Origin: Dehalococcoidia bacterium
Lineage (GTDB): Bacteria > Chloroflexota > Dehalococcoidia > Lucifugimonadales > JADFKI01
Reading direction: 5' to 3'
NCBI GenBank assembly: GCA_965214635.1
Contig: OZ243964.1
Location: forward strand, 2,195,696 to 2,259,695
Length of the DNA stretch: 64,000 nt
Within the stretch, counting starts at the first letter, position 1; the number at the start of each line of letters is the position of its first letter. Under the pieces are notes generated by a model, which did no database searches, had not been told where the DNA came from, and saw nothing but the letters and a program-made list of their open reading frames with translations. Below are positions 19,109 to 27,328 of this stretch, in pieces. Position numbers and translations under genes: made by a program.

Positions 19109-20032
19109 CTACATCCCCTTGCCGATAATCTTGGGGAACAGCACATCCATCTCGTCCATCGTGAAGGTGCCCCACTTGTGAATGGCGTTGGCAACTTCGG
19201 GGTTGGAGTAGAGATAGATGCTGCCGCCGCGCACGCCGAACACATTGCCGTTGATGTTCGGGGAGGCGTAGGTGGCGAGATACACGGCGAGCGGTGCGAC
19301 ATTGGCGGGGTCGTCCGGGCTGCCCTCACCCTCCCAGTCGGACACGGGTGGCGACTGCCCGATGCCTGCGCGCTCTGTCGGCGTGGGGGAAGGCCCCTTG
19401 TTCACGCGGTACTCGTCCACCGAGCCGGGGAACAGGCGCGTGTTGACGAGCGGGGAGATGGCGTTGCAGGTAACTCCGTAGCGCCCCAAGTCTCTGCCGA
19501 CTGTGCGGGTCAGCCCGACAACTGCCTCAGATGCGGCAGCGTAGTTGGAGCGCCCGATGTCGCCGAGTCCTGCGTCCGATGTGAAGTTCACGATGCGCCC
19601 GCTGCGCTGCTGACGGAACAGGATGGCGGCGAACTTCGTGGGGCAGAACACGCCCTTCACATTGAATCGAATCACCTTGTCCCAGTCTGCGGGGGACATG
19701 CGGTAGATCATGCTGTCTTCGAGTATGCCCACGCAGTTGACGAGTATGTCCAGCTTATCGTAGTTGTCCACGGCGGCGCGGATGACATTTTCGCCGCCCT
19801 CCATCGTGGACACATCATCGTAGTTGGCGACGGCGCTGCCGCCGGCGGCGGTGATTGCCTCGACGGTGCTATCGGCGGGAGCGTTGGACGAGCCGGAGCC
19901 GTCCACATCGCATCCAAGGTCATTGACCACCACCTCTGCGCCCTCTTCGGCGAGCAGCATCGCAACCGCTCTGCCAATGCCTCTACCCGCACCTGTAACG
20001 ACCGCCGTCTTGCCTTCTAAGCGGCTTCCCAT
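19109..20032 (-). CDS. SDR-family dehydrogenase, MFE-2-like paralog
   Basis: Starts MGSRLEGKTAVVTGAGRGIGR. NDLGCDVDGSGSS insert, YAAASEA motif. The 110 aa upstream of this Met in the track ORF look non-coding. Confidence 0.8.
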   Translation of the reverse strand: MGSRLEGKTAVVTGAGRGIGRAVAMLLAEEGAEVVVNDLGCDVDGSGSSNAPADSTVEAITAAGGSAVANYDDVSTMEGGENVIRAAVDNYDKLDILVNCVGILEDSMIYRMSPADWDKVIRFNVKGVFCPTKFAAILFRQQRSGRIVNFTSDAGLGDIGRSNYAAASEAVVGLTRTVGRDLGRYGVTCNAISPLVNTRLFPGSVDEYRVNKGPSPTPTERAGIGQSPPVSDWEGEGSPDDPANVAPLAVYLATYASPNINGNVFGVRGGSIYLYSNPEVANAIHKWGTFTMDEMDVLFPKIIGKGM

Positions 20033-20324
20033 ATAAAACCTCCGTGCTGTGTTCGAGTCTATCTTGCGCGCTTTGTTGAGCGTATGTTTCGGCGCAAAGC
20101 ACAGGGGAGAGCCGTCATATGAGTATGCGGCAAGCGCCTGCGCTGACAGGATGCGCCGCCGCACATGATACCCTATTTGGCGAGCGTTTGCATAGATATG
20201 CGCCCGGCTGCTGCGCGACTGCGCCACAAGCCCTTCCCGCCCGTATAGCGGTAATCGCCGCAGGATGTGAGCTGCCGTTCTTGCGTGGGGCGAGCAGCCC
20301 ATGTTCGTAGCGCCGCTAGCGTCC

Positions 20325-21275
20325 CTATGCGCCGTTGCTTGGCTCGAGCAGCCCCGCCACATAGCGGTGTGGGTCGAAGACGGCTATGTCGTCGGGCTGC
20401 TCCCCGCTGCCGATGAACAGCACGGGAATGTCCAACTCGTCGGCGATGGCGAACACGATGCCGCCTTTGGATGAGCTGTCCACTTTGGCGAGTAGCACGC
20501 CTTCGCACTCCACCGCCTTGGTGAACGCCCGCGCCTGTATCAGCCCGTTCTGCCCGGTGGTGGCGTCTATCGTGAGCAGGATGCGCTGCGAGTCTGCGCC
20601 CTGCCGCGATAGCACACGCTGCATCTTCTTCAGCTCTTGCATCAGGTTGAACTTGGTGTGCAGCCGCCCTGCGGTGTCGATGATGACCACATCGATGTCG
20701 CGGGCGATGGCGGCTTGCAGCGTGTCGTATGCCACTGCGCCGGGGTCTGCGCCCTGCTTGTGGGCGATGACATCCACATCGAGGCGCTCGCCCCACACCT
20801 GAAGTTGATCGATTGCGGCGGCGCGAAATGTGTCCGCAGCGCCGAGCAAGACGCTCTTGCCTTCGTTCTGATACAGGCGCGCCAGCTTGGCGATGCTCGT
20901 GGTCTTGCCCACGCCGTTCACGCCCACCATCAGGATGACGAGCGGCTTCTCGTCCACCTCTAATGCCTCATTCACGGCGTCGAATTCCACGATGTAGGTC
21001 ATCTCTTTTTTCAGCAGCGCTAGGGCATCCTGCGGGTCGGTTATGCGCTTGGAGCGCACCTGCTCGCGGAGGCGGTCTAGCAGCTTGAAGGTCGTCTCTA
21101 CGCCCACATCTGCGGTGATGAGCAGCTCCTCCAGCTCGTCCCAAAGCGCATCGTCAATCTGGGGGCGGCGAAACAACCTGCGCATCTGCCCGAAGAATGT
21201 TTGGCGAGATTTCTTGACCGCCTGCTCGGTCTTGGCTTCATCCTGTCGGTTTCTTCGTCGAAAAAACTTTAGCAT
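20325..21275 (-). CDS. ftsY: signal recognition particle receptor FtsY
   Basis: SRP54-type GTPase: GVNGVGKTTSIAKLA (G1), DTAGR (G3), AKVD (G4 variant), plus the N helical bundle. Confidence 0.9.
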   Translation of the reverse strand: MLKFFRRRNRQDEAKTEQAVKKSRQTFFGQMRRLFRRPQIDDALWDELEELLITADVGVETTFKLLDRLREQVRSKRITDPQDALALLKKEMTYIVEFDAVNEALEVDEKPLVILMVGVNGVGKTTSIAKLARLYQNEGKSVLLGAADTFRAAAIDQLQVWGERLDVDVIAHKQGADPGAVAYDTLQAAIARDIDVVIIDTAGRLHTKFNLMQELKKMQRVLSRQGADSQRILLTIDATTGQNGLIQARAFTKAVECEGVLLAKVDSSSKGGIVFAIADELDIPVLFIGSGEQPDDIAVFDPHRYVAGLLEPSNGA

Positions 21276-21413
21276 CTCTTAAAAAGTGTGTCCTGATGTG
21301 CCGGGTATGTTGTGAATGTCTGCTGTCCCAAAGCGGCGATGTGCATACGGGCGAGTGTCCATCCATGCGCTCTGGCTAGGGCGAATCGTGCGGCTTGGGT
21401 CTTGCGCTTGATA

Positions 21414-21794
21414 TTACGCGGGCGCTACTTTCACGATGACACGCTGTTCGTCGGGTTGGCGGTTCGGGTATTCGTCAAGCCCGAGGTACTTCTTTGCCAA
21501 GCTGTCTATGTGTGCGTCTGCGCCCTTGTGCGTCATCGCCACCACGCGCCCGCGCACGGTAACCTGCTCGTAGGGGTTGTCGGCGTTCAGGATGCACACT
21601 GCCACACGCGGGTCGCGCCGCAGATTGTCCGTCTTGACGCGCCCCTCTGCGGTGTTGAACAGCACATTTTCGCCGTCCGTGTCTATCCACACTGCGGTTG
21701 CCTGCGGCGAGCCGTCCGGCATCACCGTCGCTATCGTAGCCATATTCTTGCCCTCGCTGAGCAGCCTCAGGGCGTCTGCGCTTAACTTTGCCAT
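21414..21794 (-). CDS. pyridoxamine 5'-phosphate oxidase-family (F420/FMN-binding split-barrel) protein
   Basis: 126 aa, pattern LATVMPDGSPQATAVW...DPRVAV typical of PPOX-class split-barrel proteins. GGAGG SD. Confidence 0.75.
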   Translation of the reverse strand: MAKLSADALRLLSEGKNMATIATVMPDGSPQATAVWIDTDGENVLFNTAEGRVKTDNLRRDPRVAVCILNADNPYEQVTVRGRVVAMTHKGADAHIDSLAKKYLGLDEYPNRQPDEQRVIVKVAPA

Positions 21795-22003
21795 TCGGAT
21801 AATACCTCCATCAAGATTCGGTTGCGTTGCAACACTAGCTCTACATATTCAGGTTAGCATTATGCGGGACGGTTTGCCAATTGGTTTGTTGCTGCCCGTC
21901 AAGTGGGCGGGGTTGACAGCGAGATAAGTTGAAAGCGGGGTAGCGGGATAATAAGATGCGGGCGGACGGTGTCTTGCCAGAATGCGAAGTGTTGCGTGAC
22001 GCA

Positions 22004-22043
22004 CTGCGGGGGCGGCCGTATGACCACCCCCGCAGTTTGTGTT
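22004..22043. terminator. GC-rich hairpin (9-bp stem CTGCGGGGG/CCCCCGCAG, 14-nt loop), possible bidirectional terminator
   Basis: Perfect 9-bp stem. The T-tract (TTTGTGTT) is on the + side only. The hairpin lies 5 nt beyond the stop of minus-strand small ORF 22048..22221. Confidence 0.35.
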
Positions 22044-22047
22044 AGGG

Positions 22048-22221
22048 CTAGTTGTTGTAGTAGCCTTCGTAGCGGCTGAGGATAGCTCTTGCGAAGTCCC
22101 GGCGGGCTTCGTCTATCTTGGGTCCGCCCCGGCTGCCGCGCTGCACATTGACGAGATAGGAGTCAAAGCCGGTGCGGTGCCTGCCGACGCCGCGAATTGA
22201 GCCTACGAACTTGTTAAGCAT
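22048..22221 (-). CDS. unannotated small ORF, 57 aa (MLNKFVGSIRGVGRHRTGFDSYLVNVQRGSRGGPKIDEARRDFARAILSRYEGYYNN)
   Basis: Below the ORF-track length cutoff. ATG preceded by AGGAGGCACCAAA (strong SD, 7-nt spacing). Followed by a GC hairpin. Divergent from the LysR gene. No family recognised. Confidence 0.4.
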   Translation of the reverse strand: MLNKFVGSIRGVGRHRTGFDSYLVNVQRGSRGGPKIDEARRDFARAILSRYEGYYNN

Positions 22222-22399
22222 TTTGGTGCCTCCTGCTTAATCCATCCTTGGGGTGTTGCTGTGTCCGCTTGACCCGGCTGTGCGCCACTGGTTTTTGCGT
22301 TACATGTTCATAATAAGTAAAATTGCAGCATTACACATAGATATATTGCATGATATACTATATCCGATGAAGCGATAGATGCTTTTGGGGGTTCTGGCA

Positions 22400-23293
22400 A
22401 TGGAGATACGAGAGTTGAGGAGTTTCTGTACGGCGGCGCGCCTGCGGAGCATATCCCGCGCGGCGCAGGAACTCGCCATAGGGCAGCCGACCGTTACCAC
22501 GCACATCAAGAAGCTGGAAGACGAATTGGGGATGGTGCTGTTCGACCGGATGAAGCGCCCCATCCAGCTCACGCTTGCTGGGCAGCGGCTGTCGGACATC
22601 GCAATGCCGCTGGTGGAGGGCATAGACTCGCTGGCGACGATGACCGCAATGGCGGAGGAACTCGGCCCCGTGCATGTGGCGTCCACGCCCGACATCATTC
22701 CGCACACGCTGCTGCGGGTGGTGCGCGTGTTCCTGAACCGCTACCCGCGTGTGCACCTGCGCATCCGCTCTGGCACACGCAGCGAGGTGCTGCAAATGGT
22801 CGAGGAAGGCGATGTGGACCTCGGCATCATCCAGCACGCCGAAAAGCGCGACGACCTAGAGTTCATCCGGCTGTTCCTGTACGAGCGCGTGCTAATCACG
22901 CCGTTCGACCATGCGCTGCTGAAAGAGCCGCTGCGCTCCCTCGACCAGATAGCGGACTGGCCGCTCATCCTCATGCGGCGCGGCACATACACCCGACAGA
23001 TACTGGAGGAAGAGTTTCGGCGGCGCGGCGTGAGCTACGACATCATCCTCGAGCTGGACAGCATGGACATGATAAAGCGCTATGTGGCGCTTGGGATGGG
23101 CGTATCCGTGGGCCCGCGCCTTACCATCGAGCCGGAAGACGCACAGAACCTCGGCGTCGTCAGCCTAGCCAACTTCCTGCCCGTGGATCAGGCGGGCATC
23201 GTAACCCTCAAGGGCAAGACCATATCCACGCCCACGCGCAACTTCATTTCGGTGATGCAGGATGTGCTGACGCCAGCCGTTACACGGCGCTGA
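22400..23293 (+). CDS. LysR-family transcriptional regulator
   Basis: N-terminal HTH MEIRELRSFCTAARLRSISRAAQELAIGQPTVTTHIKKLE, followed by a LysR substrate-binding domain. Confidence 0.85.
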   Translation: MEIRELRSFCTAARLRSISRAAQELAIGQPTVTTHIKKLEDELGMVLFDRMKRPIQLTLAGQRLSDIAMPLVEGIDSLATMTAMAEELGPVHVASTPDIIPHTLLRVVRVFLNRYPRVHLRIRSGTRSEVLQMVEEGDVDLGIIQHAEKRDDLEFIRLFLYERVLITPFDHALLKEPLRSLDQIADWPLILMRRGTYTRQILEEEFRRRGVSYDIILELDSMDMIKRYVALGMGVSVGPRLTIEPEDAQNLGVVSLANFLPVDQAGIVTLKGKTISTPTRNFISVMQDVLTPAVTRR

Positions 23294-23397
23294 CCAACAC
23301 CCGCAAGCGCACGCAGATACTGCGGGCGTTCCTGTTCTTGTGCTTGGCATCCTGTTCTAGCTCAGGTGGGCATAGCTTTCAGGCAGATGCCCAAACT

Positions 23398-23655
23398 TTA
23401 CAGAAACCTAATCAGAATCCGTTGGACGATGATGATGATGATGAGCGCCACCATCGGGGACAGATCCAGCATACCCATCTGCGGCAGCATGCGGCGGATG
23501 GGCCCGAGAATTGGCTCGGTGAGCTGGTGTAACACCACCACCAGCGGGTTGCTCGGCGGCAGGTTAATCCAAGATATGATGACGCGCGAAAGTATGGCGA
23601 TGTAGAGTGTGAATGCGAGTATATTTATGAAAGTTTCAAGCAGCATGGCGTTCAC
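23398..23655 (-). CDS. YggT-family membrane protein
   Basis: 85 aa with two hydrophobic segments and the YggT-like motif RVIISWI...LTEPILGPIRR. GTG start overlaps the proC stop (GTGA), with an AGAAGG SD. Confidence 0.8.
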   Translation of the reverse strand: MNAMLLETFINILAFTLYIAILSRVIISWINLPPSNPLVVVLHQLTEPILGPIRRMLPQMGMLDLSPMVALIIIIIVQRILIRFL

Positions 23656-24476
23656 TGTGCCTTCTTTGAGTTGGGCTTGCCGCCAAGCGCCTGTGATTTG
23701 TCGTATGCGGCGGCGACTGCGTCGAACACGGCGGCGCGGAACCCGCCGCTCTCCATCGCGCGCAGTGCCGCGATGGTAGTGCCGCCCGGCGATGTTACCA
23801 TATCTTTGAGGTCTGCGGGATGCCGTCCCGACTGCGCCACGAGCTGGGTGCTGCCCAGCACGGTCTGCAGTGCGAGCGTGCGCGCCATGTCCCGCGCCAT
23901 TCCGAGATACACACCCGCGTCTATGAGCGCCTCTATGAACAGGAACACATACGCCGGCCCGCTTGCGCTGAGGGCGGTCGCCATGTCGATGAGCTTCTCA
24001 TCGGGCGCATACGCCTCTTCGCCGAGCGTGCGTAGGATGTCGGCTGTGCGGGCGCGCGCATCGGCGCTCACGGCGTCTGCCGCCGTCCACACGCTCATCC
24101 CCGCGCCAATCTGCGCCGGCGTGTTGGGCATCACGCGTATCACCGCAGCGTGAGACAGCCCGCCGACCAGCGTGTCCATAGTTGCGCCTGCCACGATGGA
24201 CACGAGCGTTTGAGACGGGAGCAGGCTTTGGGATAGCGGCGGCAGAACCTCCGGCAGCGACTGCGGCTTGACGGCGAGGAACACGAGGTTCGCATCTGAC
24301 ACGGCGGCGGCGTTGTCCGCATGCGCCGACACACCGTGCGTCTGCGTCAGGTAGCTGCGGCGCTCAGCAATCGGCTCGCCCACGCTGACGGCGTCCGGCT
24401 GCGCCAATCGCGCGCCCAGTATGCCGCCGATTATTGCCTCTGCCATCACTCCGCCGCCGATGAATGCGATTCTCAA
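23652..24476 (-). CDS. proC: pyrroline-5-carboxylate reductase
   Basis: IAFIGGGVMAEAII Rossmann N-terminus and C-terminal P5CR dimerisation motif (SPGGTTIAALRAME). Preferred start is the TTG at 24476 (gives MRIAFIGGG, SD GGAAGGA 6 nt upstream); the track ORF starts at a GTG at 24509. Confidence 0.85.
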   Translation of the reverse strand: MRIAFIGGGVMAEAIIGGILGARLAQPDAVSVGEPIAERRSYLTQTHGVSAHADNAAAVSDANLVFLAVKPQSLPEVLPPLSQSLLPSQTLVSIVAGATMDTLVGGLSHAAVIRVMPNTPAQIGAGMSVWTAADAVSADARARTADILRTLGEEAYAPDEKLIDMATALSASGPAYVFLFIEALIDAGVYLGMARDMARTLALQTVLGSTQLVAQSGRHPADLKDMVTSPGGTTIAALRAMESGGFRAAVFDAVAAAYDKSQALGGKPNSKKAQ

Positions 24477-24588
24477 ATTTTTGTCCTTCCCAAAGAGCCG
24501 AACTTGCACATGCGCTTGTGTGCGTACTTGCCGATGAATTCGGTTCTCAAAATTTTTGTCCTTCCCAAAGAGCCGAACTTGTATATGC
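24456..24588. repeat. direct duplication (~58 bp, two copies 74 bp apart) of the proC ribosome-binding site and first codons
   Basis: Copy 1 at 24456..24513 and copy 2 at 24530..24588 share GCCGATGAAT.C.(A/G)TTCTCAAA(A)TTTTTGTCCTTCCCAAAGAGCCGAACTTG with a few mismatches and one 1-nt indel. Confidence 0.75.
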
Positions 24589-24667
24589 CTTCAGATGCCT
24601 TGCGTGTGTACTAATCCGCAGATAGTCAGTGTATCAGGTTGCGCCGCTGACGGGATGTTCGGTTTCA

Positions 24668-25672
24668 TCATGGCAGCCGGTTTTCGCCGACTAAGGATAC
24701 GGCGACGCGAATGCACTCCAGCATGCTTTCGGCGTCGGCGATGCCCTTGCCGGCGATGTCGAATGCCGTGCCGTGGTCGACCGATGTGCGGATGAACGGC
24801 AGCCCAAGGTTGACGCTGATGCTTTTGGCGAAATCGTGCACCTTGATGGGGATGTGCCCTTGGTCGTGGTACATTGCGAGCACGGCGTCGAACTTGCCGT
24901 CGATAGCCTGCGGGAACACGCTGTCCGCCGGGACGGGCCCTGTGGCATCGATGCCCTCGGCGCGCGCCGCATCCACTGCGGGCGCAATCTGCACAGCCTC
25001 CTCGTCGCCGAGCAGCCCGCCGTCGCTTGCGTGAGGGTTCAGCGCCGCAACGCCAATGCGCGGCTGCGGGAAGCCCCAACGCTTGAAGCATTCGTCGGTC
25101 AACCGCAGCTTGGCGAGTACATTATCCTTCGTAACATAGTCGCAGGCGACACGCAGCGAGCGGTGCGTGGTCAGGTGTACCACGCGCAGGGTGTTCGCCG
25201 TGAGCATCGTCGCCACCTGCTCCGCCCCGGTTTGACGCTGAAATATCTCCATGTGCCCGATGTCGGTGTAGCCGGCGAGCTTGCACGCCTCTTTGTTGAT
25301 GGGTGCGGTGGCGATAGCCTGCACTGCGCCTTCGCTCGCTAGTTCGCCCGCCTTGAGGATCCATTCCACGCTCGCCTTGCCCGCTGCTGCGGACACATTG
25401 CCGTACTCGATGGCTTCGTAGTCGAGGTTTTCTAGATCTAGCACATCGATGACGCCGAACTCGCCGTCAACTTCCTCGACGGTGTGTGCGATGCGCGCCC
25501 TGCCCGAAGCGCCGACTAGCGAGAGCGCGGCGTCCATTGCGGCGGCGCTGCCCACCACGAACGGGCGCGTCTTTTCGTACACCCACTCATCTTGCAGCGC
25601 CTTCGCCGTAACCTCAGCGCCGATGCCCGCCGCATCGCCCATCGTTATCGCAAGCAGTGGTCTGTCGCTCAT
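24668..25672 (-). CDS. pdxA: 4-hydroxythreonine-4-phosphate dehydrogenase family (PdxA-like)
   Basis: AITMGDAAGIGAEV N-terminus, HTSVDHGTAFDIAGKG metal/active-site motif, MYHDQGHIP. Confidence 0.85.
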   Translation of the reverse strand: MSDRPLLAITMGDAAGIGAEVTAKALQDEWVYEKTRPFVVGSAAAMDAALSLVGASGRARIAHTVEEVDGEFGVIDVLDLENLDYEAIEYGNVSAAAGKASVEWILKAGELASEGAVQAIATAPINKEACKLAGYTDIGHMEIFQRQTGAEQVATMLTANTLRVVHLTTHRSLRVACDYVTKDNVLAKLRLTDECFKRWGFPQPRIGVAALNPHASDGGLLGDEEAVQIAPAVDAARAEGIDATGPVPADSVFPQAIDGKFDAVLAMYHDQGHIPIKVHDFAKSISVNLGLPFIRTSVDHGTAFDIAGKGIADAESMLECIRVAVSLVGENRLP

Positions 25673-25750
25673 ATCACCCTCCGGCGCAACTGCGCCTGCC
25701 CCCATCTGTCCTATCATATCGTTCCATATCGCTACACCATTATACTAACT

Positions 25751-25830
25751 TCAATTGAGAATTAAAAATTGGAAATTATGAGTGGGAGTTGCCAATTCTT
25801 CGCCGATGAGAAAACTTGATTCTCAATTGA
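25751..25830. repeat. perfect 12-bp inverted repeat TCAATTGAGAAT / ATTCTCAATTGA separated by 56 bp, in an AT-rich intergenic region
   Basis: Arms at 25751..25762 and 25819..25830. A nested AATTGG...CCAATT pair lies inside. The right arm abuts the stop codon of the MFS gene; the element lies upstream of pdxA. Confidence 0.6.
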
Positions 25831-27306
25831 CTATCTCTTCACAAGAAACGCTGGCACCAGCGCCACAAGGCAGAGCGCCATTGCCACTAGGAAGAAGTCG
25901 TTGAACAGCGTCAGCCCAGCGTCGGTGATTTGCCGCTCAAAGTCGGCGATTCGCTGCAAGGCTTGCTCCGTAGTTTCGCCCGGCAGGGCAAATGGGATGT
26001 CCACGCCTGCGGCTAGGCTGTTGAACCTGCCCGTTCCCCACGCCGTCAGCGCCGCAACGCCGAGCGTCATCCCGATGATGCGCATCGCCGTAACCAGCGC
26101 CGCCGCCGCTCCGCGAGCATCATCGCCCACGCTGTTCACGGTGGCGAGCGCAATCGGCGCTATCAGCAGCCCGAAGCCGAAGCCGGTCAGCGCAAGATGC
26201 GCCGTCAGCATCGGGTCGGCGATGCTCAAATCCCACCCCGACATGAGCCAAAACCCGAGCGCCGCAAGCAGCAACCCCAACACGCACGGAAGTCGGCAGC
26301 CGAACGCTTGGCTTGCGTATCCGCCGAGCACTGCGCCGAACGGGATTGCGACGGTCAGGCGCATCAGCATCAGCCCGCCGTCCAGCGGTGTCAGCCCCAG
26401 CACGGTGTTTGCCATCAGCGGCACGGTTACCATCCCGATTATCAGCGCAGCGCCCACGAACAGATGCGATATGTTTGCGGCGGTGAATGTCAGGGTGCGA
26501 AAGATCGCGCGGGGTAGTAGGGGATCCGAAGCTGTGAGCTGACGCCATACGAACAGCGCAAGTGTGCCAACTGCCAGCGCCAGCCAAAGCGTCATCGACA
26601 AGCCCGGCTCGTCTATACTCGCCAGTCCCAGCGTCAGCGCCGCGATGCTCACTGTTACCAGCGCGCCACCTATGTAGTCCGGCTTTGCGGCGATGCGCGG
26701 GCTTGGGGGCAGCAGCACTAGCGCCAGCGCGATTATGACCGCGCAGAGCGGTATGTTCAGCCAGAACACCCACTGCCAAGCCAGATACTTGATGATGATG
26801 CCGCCCCACAGCGGGCCGATGACGCCGCCTGCCTCTGCCGCTGCGCCCACCAAGCCGAGCGGAGTGCCGCGCCGCCGAGCGGGGAACAGGTCGCCCACGA
26901 TGGCTATGGCGATTGGCACGAGCGCACCCGCCCCCAGCGCTTGGAACACGCGCAATCCTATCAGCCAGCGCAAATCGGGCGCAAGCGCAACGCACGCCGA
27001 GCCGAGCATAAACAGCAGCAGCGCGGCGATGTACAGGTTGCGGTGTCCCCATATGTCGGACAGCCTGCCGATGAGCGGCATCGCCGACACATAGCCCAAC
27101 AGGTAGCCGGTGATAGTCCACGATGCGCTGTCGAGTTCGCTTATCGGCACCCGCAGGTCTAGCATAATCTGCGGCAGCACGGTTACCACGACCGTCTGGT
27201 CGTCCGCCGCCACGAACACTCCGGCGAACACCGCCGTCAGCGCCGCATATGGCGCAATGCGTTTGCACCGCTCCACAGGCTCAGGGCGTTGCGAGGCGTT
27301 GGGCAT
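25831..27306 (-). CDS. MFS transporter, DHA2-like (14-TMS drug:H+ antiporter type)
   Basis: About 490 aa with about 14 hydrophobic segments. Motif A-like GRLSDIWGHR. Immediately downstream of a lipoprotein gene. The track ORF starts at a TTG at 27342. Confidence 0.8.
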   Translation of the reverse strand: MPNASQRPEPVERCKRIAPYAALTAVFAGVFVAADDQTVVVTVLPQIMLDLRVPISELDSASWTITGYLLGYVSAMPLIGRLSDIWGHRNLYIAALLLFMLGSACVALAPDLRWLIGLRVFQALGAGALVPIAIAIVGDLFPARRRGTPLGLVGAAAEAGGVIGPLWGGIIIKYLAWQWVFWLNIPLCAVIIALALVLLPPSPRIAAKPDYIGGALVTVSIAALTLGLASIDEPGLSMTLWLALAVGTLALFVWRQLTASDPLLPRAIFRTLTFTAANISHLFVGAALIIGMVTVPLMANTVLGLTPLDGGLMLMRLTVAIPFGAVLGGYASQAFGCRLPCVLGLLLAALGFWLMSGWDLSIADPMLTAHLALTGFGFGLLIAPIALATVNSVGDDARGAAAALVTAMRIIGMTLGVAALTAWGTGRFNSLAAGVDIPFALPGETTEQALQRIADFERQITDAGLTLFNDFFLVAMALCLVALVPAFLVKR

Positions 27307-27328
27307 CGAATATTTTCGCTTCCCACGC

